Part shown: piece by piece, positions 26,449 to 33,071 of the stretch | How the letters are laid out: each line of letters starts with the position of its first letter | How positions within the stretch are numbered: position 1 is the stretch's first letter | NCBI GenBank assembly: GCA_964452205.1 | Contig: CAYVLD010000001.1 | Coordinates: forward strand, 1-33,071 | Reading direction: 5' to 3' | From: an uncultured Oscillospiraceae bacterium | GTDB lineage: Bacteria > Bacillota > Clostridia > Oscillospirales > Oscillospiraceae | Length of the DNA stretch: 33,071 bases | Notes under the pieces: model-generated | Database searches by the model: none | What the model was told of the DNA's origin: nothing | Seen by the model: only the letters and a program-made list of their open reading frames with translations | Position numbers and translations under genes: made by a program

Positions 26449-26570
26449 GGTTCATATTCTCCTTATTTCCAATACCAATAAGCTAAAGTCCAGCAATTCT
26501 AAAAAGCTTTTGCACGCATTTTTCTCTTCCAAGGGGACATCAAACGCCCTTGTCTTTATTAATAATTATC

Positions 26571-28109
26571 TCATTTTTGCTTTCTACGCATTCGAGAGCG
26601 CAAACGCTTCGCCATTGACATTAATGATCCAAATTCAGATGTCCTATGGAATAACAGCGTATTGAATAATACTGGCAAACACGCTGCGATTATAGCCTTT
26701 AGAATAAAATTCGCAAGGACATATTGCGTCTGAATCAATTCGCAAAGAAGGTACGCAGTTGTCATATATGCCAGCCCTAAAGCCACATATAGCACAAATT
26801 TGCTAAAATACTTCCACACCGACACATGGAAAACATGCTTATATATCACAATCGGGCGATACCAATCTGCCGTCAACAGGCTGCCGATAATCGTGCCAAG
26901 AAACACACCCATGATGCCGTAATGCTTCGCGAGAATGATTGAGGCAACCAGATTTATCGCGGCAAAGCCAAAGGGAACCCAGGCATCCTCCATATACTTA
27001 CCCGCAGCACTTTTCATATGAATCAGCGGGATTCTCAAACCGGTTAAGAAATTATTGAGAACAATTACAGCGACGGTCGGCATGTCAAACAAATACTCTT
27101 CGCCTAACCAGATTTCTCCAATAAACGGATTAAACAAACACAAGAAACAGACCGCTTCAAAGCTATAAACAAAGAATGCACTAAACATTAAAGTCTCGAA
27201 GACTTCCAGTTTTCTCTTGTCGGACTCTACGGCAACAACATTGCCTAAACTGGCGGATATTCCGCCAAATACAGTTGCTATAAAACCATTAATTAAATCA
27301 CGTATTAGCAGATAGTTAGAATAAATACCTGTTGCCGCAAGGCTAACTAACTTGGTAATGATCATGTTATCGGTAGAATTAACAAGATAATCGCCTATTT
27401 TTGCAACCATAAGTCCGCCGATATTACGCTTGATCTGATGTGTTGTCTCTTTATCGAGTTTTTGTTTTGAGCGAAAATCAATTTGCGGATAATTCTTTGT
27501 AATAAAGCGGTTTTGTAACACCATTCGCAGAATGCCGCATGCGATTTGCACAATAATGTAAACAACATAATCCTTAGTAAGCAGCAACGCAATGATTTGG
27601 CATGTTGTTTGTAAAATCGAAGTCCAGGCAATAATCGGCCCAAGGCGATACGACTGATTGTCAGAGGAGATTAGAGTGGTTTTATAAGAAAACAGATACC
27701 CGGACACACTGCTAATTAAGAAAGCGAAATACGCTACACTCGTTCCATAAGGCTGCTCAGTAGGCGGAATAAAGAAATCTAAGAAGAAGAATAATCCTAT
27801 TCCGGCAACAAAAACGATTCCGGCAATTACAGCATACGCCTTGCGATACAAACTCATCAAAGCGCTGACTGTAGCATTGTCTTTGTTCGCAAGAGGCTTG
27901 TACAAACTGAAACCGATCGCCGTAGCAATGCCAAGCTCTGAAATAGACAAGAAGCCAAGCACATTGCTCAACAATCCAGCCAGCCCAAGATATTCTTTTC
28001 CTAATACATTAATAAATACTGTTCTCGAGACCAGTCCCAAAATGCTGGACAGCGCGGAATTTAAAAAATTGAACGCTATCGTTTTTGTCGATTTTTCTAA
28101 ACGCGACAT
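26571..28109 (-). CDS. Wzx-type oligosaccharide flippase (MOP superfamily)
   Basis: SRTVFINVLG.EYLGL, LSISELGIATAIGFSLYKPLA, NSTDNMII.....L...GIYSNY, SLGN, and many TM segments. Confidence 0.9.
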   Translation of the reverse strand: MSRLEKSTKTIAFNFLNSALSSILGLVSRTVFINVLGKEYLGLAGLLSNVLGFLSISELGIATAIGFSLYKPLANKDNATVSALMSLYRKAYAVIAGIVFVAGIGLFFFLDFFIPPTEQPYGTSVAYFAFLISSVSGYLFSYKTTLISSDNQSYRLGPIIAWTSILQTTCQIIALLLTKDYVVYIIVQIACGILRMVLQNRFITKNYPQIDFRSKQKLDKETTHQIKRNIGGLMVAKIGDYLVNSTDNMIITKLVSLAATGIYSNYLLIRDLINGFIATVFGGISASLGNVVAVESDKRKLEVFETLMFSAFFVYSFEAVCFLCLFNPFIGEIWLGEEYLFDMPTVAVIVLNNFLTGLRIPLIHMKSAAGKYMEDAWVPFGFAAINLVASIILAKHYGIMGVFLGTIIGSLLTADWYRPIVIYKHVFHVSVWKYFSKFVLYVALGLAYMTTAYLLCELIQTQYVLANFILKAIIAACLPVLFNTLLFHRTSEFGSLMSMAKRLRSRMRRKQK

Positions 28110-28133
28110 TTTCTTACCTCAATTCAAAAACTG

Positions 28134-29288
28134 TTACCGTAAAAATTCCAAAGCGCTAAGCGTTCTGTTTTGAAACACAGGGATGCATTGCTGCAATGTA
28201 GTAAAGATTCCCTTTTCACTATCAAGAATGCGCAAAAAAGCCTTTAAGATAGAGTCAGGCGTATTGATTGTCTGCACAGGAACAACGTATCCCTCTTCTG
28301 TTCCAAAGAGATCTCTTGCAATTCCGCGCGACTTAACAGAATATCCAAGAACAAGTGTGGGCACACAAGTGGAGTACGCCGCAATCGTTGCATGTGTTCT
28401 CGCACCGATGAAGAACCGGCACTTTGAAATAATGTATTTTAATTCACGGCATCCGCAATCTTCTATCATAACCACACGACCGGTATGTGCAAATTCATCA
28501 TAGAGTTTCTTCTGCGGAATTCTGTCATCACCATCTGCCCAAATCACATGCGGAATCAGCGCAACCTGCATATCTGTTTGCTCAATAATATAAGCAATTA
28601 AATTCTTATAATTTTCAAATGCGATTCCCGGAACTGTCTCGCGCTCCATTGCCATCGGACTCAGATTAATGCCGACGGTATTACCCGGAGCGAAGCCTTC
28701 CGGTAACGCGGTTTCTTTTGATTGCAAAAGAAACGCCGGGTCGGCAACAAGATGCGTATTGGGATTTACCGCTTTCAATGCCTCATAGCTAATTGTTTCG
28801 CGAGCTGCAATCAGGTCATATTTTGCAAGATCTGCAGCCACCTCAGGTTTTGCTACCACCTCAGGTTCTACAGAGCAACCCCAGAGAACGGTTTTTGCAC
28901 CGCGCTTAATGAGCGCATCATGGAGCATCATATACTTTTGAACGTCGGCGTAGCAATAGTTGTCGCCACCGATTGAGAGAGCAATGTCGCCTTTTTTTAT
29001 ATTGGAAAAGGCTGCTCTATACTCCAGCTTGTCCATGGGGATATAGTTTTTCTTCAGCTTCAATGCTACGTAGGCTTTAAAAAAATCAAAATCCTTTTTG
29101 GCAAATGCGTCATTCCGATCTTTTATGATCGTACATACATCATCCAGACCATAAAAAGCATCCTCCTCCGGATTAGCGGAAATAAGACACAGGTTTGCGC
29201 ACTTAAGTATATCCGCAGTGGATCTAACAATCGCTTCACAACCATGGTTGCCGCTGCCACCATGCGCATACAGAAAAATTCGACTCAT
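28134..29288 (-). CDS. Polysaccharide pyruvyl transferase family protein (WcaK-like)
   Basis: GNHGCEAIVRS, SIGGDNY, ARETISYE, VADPAFLL, IGARTHATIAA, LGYSVKSRG. Confidence 0.9.
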   Translation of the reverse strand: MSRIFLYAHGGSGNHGCEAIVRSTADILKCANLCLISANPEEDAFYGLDDVCTIIKDRNDAFAKKDFDFFKAYVALKLKKNYIPMDKLEYRAAFSNIKKGDIALSIGGDNYCYADVQKYMMLHDALIKRGAKTVLWGCSVEPEVVAKPEVAADLAKYDLIAARETISYEALKAVNPNTHLVADPAFLLQSKETALPEGFAPGNTVGINLSPMAMERETVPGIAFENYKNLIAYIIEQTDMQVALIPHVIWADGDDRIPQKKLYDEFAHTGRVVMIEDCGCRELKYIISKCRFFIGARTHATIAAYSTCVPTLVLGYSVKSRGIARDLFGTEEGYVVPVQTINTPDSILKAFLRILDSEKGIFTTLQQCIPVFQNRTLSALEFLR

Positions 29289-29291
29289 AGC

Positions 29292-30239
29292 TTACCTCAA
29301 TCTCTTAATTCTCTTATTCTGATAAATCCATCCATAAGCGAACAGTGTAAACGTAATTTTTTCCTTCCACGGGAACGCGGAACAGCTCCAAATTTCTCTC
29401 ACATATTGCTTATACACACATCTCGCCGCGTTCACGAAGCCACGGGCTTTTTCATCGTCGCTGTTTAAAAGTGGTAAAACATATTGCATAAGATGTGAGG
29501 CAGTGGTGTAGAAGCACAATGGAGAAAGATCTTTTCTGTCTTTCAAAAAAGCAAGCATTTGTTCTGTCGCCGTAACAATATCCTGCGATGGAATCTTCAA
29601 AAAAGTGCTCATTGCACTGCCGACATTCTGAATGTACCTATATTCTGTTTTGTTAGTAACCGCGATGTGTTCGCATTTGCAAACAGCGGCAATCGCAAAT
29701 AGAATATCTTCATAGGCCTTTAATGGTGGGAATTTTAAGTCATTGAGGACTTCGCGACGAAACAGTTTTGCGCAAGGTCCTGAATTGATTTCTCGCCTTG
29801 AAATTATAAGATTCAAAGTCTCTCTTTGATCTAGCTTGTTTGTTTCACAAGAAAAACGCATTGTTTCTTTTTCGTTTTCGATAACGGTCACATCACAAAC
29901 GGACATTTGACAATCGTCATTAGTTAGTGCTTTCATCAACATTTCGAGATAATTCTCCGGAAGAATATCATCAGCATCGATAAAAGTAATATATCGTCCT
30001 TTGCTTATTGCTAACCCATGATTCCTCGCTGCCGAAACGCCTTGATTCTCTTGGTAGATGTATCTGAACCGAGAATCGGCTGCAGAAATCTCGTTTAAAA
30101 TGGCGGCCGAATTATCTCTGCTCCCATCATCGATCATCAGCACCTCAAAATCGGTAAAAGACTGATTTTGAAGGCAATGAATTGTTCGGGAAAGGTATTT
30201 TTCAGCGTTATATATTGGGATAATTATTGAGATGATCAT
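29292..30239 (-). CDS. Glycosyltransferase family 2
   Basis: SIIIPIYNAEKYL, IDDGSRD, NQGVSAARN, FIDADD, YED. Confidence 0.93.
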   Translation of the reverse strand: MIISIIIPIYNAEKYLSRTIHCLQNQSFTDFEVLMIDDGSRDNSAAILNEISAADSRFRYIYQENQGVSAARNHGLAISKGRYITFIDADDILPENYLEMLMKALTNDDCQMSVCDVTVIENEKETMRFSCETNKLDQRETLNLIISRREINSGPCAKLFRREVLNDLKFPPLKAYEDILFAIAAVCKCEHIAVTNKTEYRYIQNVGSAMSTFLKIPSQDIVTATEQMLAFLKDRKDLSPLCFYTTASHLMQYVLPLLNSDDEKARGFVNAARCVYKQYVREIWSCSAFPWKEKITFTLFAYGWIYQNKRIKRLR

Positions 30240-30241
30240 AA

Positions 30242-31144
30242 TTAGACCTTTCTAAATTGGATTGCTCGACGAATGGATAAAACGAGCCCAAACGGAAGCG
30301 CGAGTATTGCAAGCAGTTTACTATTCATCCTCAGCAAAAACTTAGGCTGTTTTGCATATAAGGCAAAGGCAATTGCCTGATACGCACAAAAGAATTTTTT
30401 CTTGAACGAATATCCATACTTAAGCATATGATCATACATCATGGCATAGCCCATAGGATTATTCTTCTCTAATTTACGACTCCCCTTTGTTAAACCATCG
30501 TCAAGATAATCGCAAACATAGATAATATCGGAATGCCAACGCAGATTGTACCCTGCAAGCGCAATTTCGTTCAAAGCGATCTGCTCCGGCGCAAATTTTT
30601 CTCCAGGCCATTCAGCCATCGGGAATTGGCGAAATAGATCTGTACGATATGCCTCACACATATCAGCATCCAGATTATATCGACTGCGTTCTAAATTTGT
30701 AGCATCTACATAGCCTTCTTCATTAACTGTTGGTTGAACGCCCTTTATGTAGGTATTATCAGGGTATCCTCTGGCTGCACCTACACCGATAAAGCCGTCG
30801 ATACCATCGATATCCGCTACCCAACGAGTCATTTTTTCCAGAGCCTTGGGCAGAAGATGATCATCGGAATCAACCATAAAGAAATACTTCCCTTGCGCTA
30901 TCTTGACACCGAAATTTATAGCGCGCGGTTTGCCGCCATTCTCTTTTTTTACATAGTTGATCTCAAAACCGTTATTGCGGCTCAGCCACGAGGAAACTAA
31001 TTGTTCTGTTTCATCGGTTGAACCATCATCGACGATCAGCCACTCAAAATTTTTCACACTTTGCACACACAGCGAATCATAGAGCTTCGGCAAAATATAC
31101 GCACGATTATATGTAGGAGTAAATACAGTAAACAGCAGACTCAT
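30242..31144 (-). CDS. Glycosyltransferase family 2
   Basis: FTVFTPTYNRA, VDDGSTD, NGGKPRAIN, VDSDD, YLDDGLT. Confidence 0.93.
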   Translation of the reverse strand: MSLLFTVFTPTYNRAYILPKLYDSLCVQSVKNFEWLIVDDGSTDETEQLVSSWLSRNNGFEINYVKKENGGKPRAINFGVKIAQGKYFFMVDSDDHLLPKALEKMTRWVADIDGIDGFIGVGAARGYPDNTYIKGVQPTVNEEGYVDATNLERSRYNLDADMCEAYRTDLFRQFPMAEWPGEKFAPEQIALNEIALAGYNLRWHSDIIYVCDYLDDGLTKGSRKLEKNNPMGYAMMYDHMLKYGYSFKKKFFCAYQAIAFALYAKQPKFLLRMNSKLLAILALPFGLVLSIRRAIQFRKV

Positions 31145-32153
31145 AACACATCAGTCTAATCCTTTTTATGATAATCCTTAGTGCTTTATAGCAACTAATT
31201 AAAAATTTGACTAATTTCCAATGTCCATTTCCCAGCAATGACAAGACCGTTTTTTGTAGTTTCCTGCCCGAAACAAACCTAATGCCTTCATGTTGCTGTA
31301 ATCGTGCCAGCTCAGGCAAGCACACATTCATCCTTTCCTTCGGGCAATAAAATGCAGAGAAATAGAGATAATTTGACAGAAGCCCCTCGACGATTGCCTT
31401 GTTTTCTCCCTCATATGCATTTAGCCTTTTTAAGCACTCCCGATAGCGCAGATTGATCTTCAACTGCGCAAAATAATCTATCTTCTCATCATTGATGATC
31501 GCAGAAGAATTCTCCGCAACCTGCCGATAGCGATACAGGCATTGATCGTCAAAATATATATTTTGAACCTTTTCATACAAACGCAGATAAAAATCAAAAT
31601 CTTCCGCAAGGCGTAAGGACTCATCATACCTCACATCAAGAGCAAGCTCTCTTTTGAACATTTTCGAGACACAACAGCCGAACAGACCCGTTTCTCTTTG
31701 AACCAACGCAAAATCAGAAAGGCAATCCCGTAAAGGCATATTCCCTTTTGCGTTAGGGTGTTTGACTAAAATCGTCCCCTTTTCATAATCCCAAAACTTT
31801 TGATAACCGCTAACTACAATATAAGCTTTACTGCGCGCAATGCAAGTATGCAAATTCTCAAGATAATTTAATGCGATCTCATCATCGGCATCAACAAAGG
31901 TAACATATTTCCCTTCTGCGTGGTCAAGCCCTACATTCCTTGCATGAGAAACGCCACCATTAGGGATATGAAACACCTTGAAGCGAGCATCCTTCGCAGC
32001 AAACTCATCACAAATCACTTCAGAGCCGTCAGAAGATCCGTCGTCAATCAGTAAGCACTCATAATCCTCAAACGTCTGATCTTTAACCTGTTGGAGAAGT
32101 GTTCTGAGATATTTATTTTTATTGTAAACCGGAATGATAATACTGACTTTCAT
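31107..32153 (-). CDS. Glycosyltransferase family 2
   Basis: VSIIIPVYN, IDDGSSD, NGGVSHARN, FVDADD, AEDFDF. Confidence 0.93.
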   Translation of the reverse strand: MKVSIIIPVYNKNKYLRTLLQQVKDQTFEDYECLLIDDGSSDGSEVICDEFAAKDARFKVFHIPNGGVSHARNVGLDHAEGKYVTFVDADDEIALNYLENLHTCIARSKAYIVVSGYQKFWDYEKGTILVKHPNAKGNMPLRDCLSDFALVQRETGLFGCCVSKMFKRELALDVRYDESLRLAEDFDFYLRLYEKVQNIYFDDQCLYRYRQVAENSSAIINDEKIDYFAQLKINLRYRECLKRLNAYEGENKAIVEGLLSNYLYFSAFYCPKERMNVCLPELARLQQHEGIRFVSGRKLQKTVLSLLGNGHWKLVKFLISCYKALRIIIKRIRLMCYESAVYCIYSYI

Positions 32154-32155
32154 AC

Positions 32156-33071
32156 CTAATTCATAATCCTTTGAATCATCTTATATGAATGTTTCCCCAA
32201 AATAAGGAAAATCAAATATCGCAATTTCTGTGATGTACGAATCTTCTGCCTCAGCAAAAACCAAACACTACTTCTCAATGTTTTTTTAGTAAATGATACT
32301 AAATCGGAGGGTATGTCGTCAACCAAGGAATGTGCAATTATTTTCTCGACCTTTAAGCACTCAACCGCAGAAACCAGCTCATGCATGGCGTGCTCATTAT
32401 ACAAGCTTAGATGCTTATCCCAAATGTAAAAAGAATCAAGGAATAAGCGTCGCTTATGTTCTTTTGAAGTGTTATTCGTAATACTATTGGGGTTCATTCG
32501 GTAATAATATCCAACCCCTGGAGTAAACACAACTTTCTTAGCATTCATAAGAATATATGGCATGACACAAATATCTTCAAAGTACGTTCTTACAGGGAAC
32601 CGTACATCACGCCAAACATCTCTTTTATAAAGCCTTCCCGTAACGTAAACAGACGAAATTCCGCTGTGTTGAGGCACAAGACCGTAGTGCATGTTTAAAA
32701 GATCTATACCGCAGAGTGTTATTTCCTCGTCTACAGAAAAATTATAGATTACTTTATCCTCATTGTCAACCCGACTATAGCCACATGATGCCCAATCAGC
32801 ATCACCGATTGATGCGACAAGTCGAGCTATTATGTCTGAACTTATATAATCATCACTATCAACAAACACAATATATTCGCCGCTGCAAGCATCTAATCCG
32901 ACATTACGAGCCACGCTTACCCCACCGTTCTCCTGATGGATCACTTTTACACGAGCATCAACCCTCGCATACCCTTCGCAAATATCTCCGCAACGGTCAG
33001 TGTTTCCATCATCTACCAGAAGAACCTCCAAGTTTTGATATGTCTGATTCAGGATACTGTCAACGCAGCGA
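32156..33071 (-). CDS. Glycosyltransferase family 2 (5' end outside the window)
   Basis: The frame stays open to the right edge (RCVDSILNQTYQNLEVLLVDDG...). Also NGGVSVARN, FVDSDD, FED. Confidence 0.92.
   Translation of the reverse strand, partial: RCVDSILNQTYQNLEVLLVDDGNTDRCGDICEGYARVDARVKVIHQENGGVSVARNVGLDACSGEYIVFVDSDDYISSDIIARLVASIGDADWASCGYSRVDNEDKVIYNFSVDEEITLCGIDLLNMHYGLVPQHSGISSVYVTGRLYKRDVWRDVRFPVRTYFEDICVMPYILMNAKKVVFTPGVGYYYRMNPNSITNNTSKEHKRRLFLDSFYIWDKHLSLYNEHAMHELVSAVECLKVEKIIAHSLVDDIPSDLVSFTKKTLRSSVWFLLRQKIRTSQKLRYLIFLILGKHSYKMIQRIMN

Noticed and set aside
31107..31144. 38-nt overlap of two GT2 genes as a frameshift sign
   Set aside because: Both proteins are full length with intact N-terminal motifs. 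A short C-terminal extension explains the overlap.
1..33071. CRISPR arrays, IS elements, prophage, tRNA/rRNA, tandem repeats
   Set aside because: None seen by eye. Intergenic gaps are short and mostly accounted for. A dot-plot, tRNAscan or Infernal run would be needed to exclude subtle cases.

Overview
A gene-dense chromosomal window from a spore-forming Clostridia bacterium (Oscillospiraceae-like by protein style; this is inference). Almost all genes are on the minus strand. In transcription order (right to left): (1) the 3' part of an AT-richer surface-polysaccharide locus with four GT2s, a polysaccharide pyruvyl transferase, a Wzx flippase, another GT2, an FrhB-like Fe-S protein and a DUF6056-like membrane protein. 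(2) A GC-richer block: NTP_transf_5-like nucleotidyltransferase, rfbA, a TIGR03960/TIGR03936 radical SAM pair, a DUF6472-like mini-gene and galE. (3) Two plus-strand genes, ylbJ and a small Cys-rich protein. (4) The housekeeping/sporulation run yqfC-yqfD-phoH-ybeY-GNAT-era-yqzL-recO-mutS2, then an HPr variant, uvrC-rsmD-coaD, a SepIVA/DivIVA-like gene, pgm and an ATP-grasp gene. (5) A Val T-box riboswitch and the 5' part of valS. I saw no mobile elements, CRISPR arrays, rRNA or tRNA. The best leads are the pyruvyl transferase + FrhB-like pair (possible redox glycan modification), the radical SAM pair coupled between sugar-nucleotide genes, the non-canonical HPr active site and two small genes missing from the ORF track. 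No clearly new system is demonstrated by the sequence alone.
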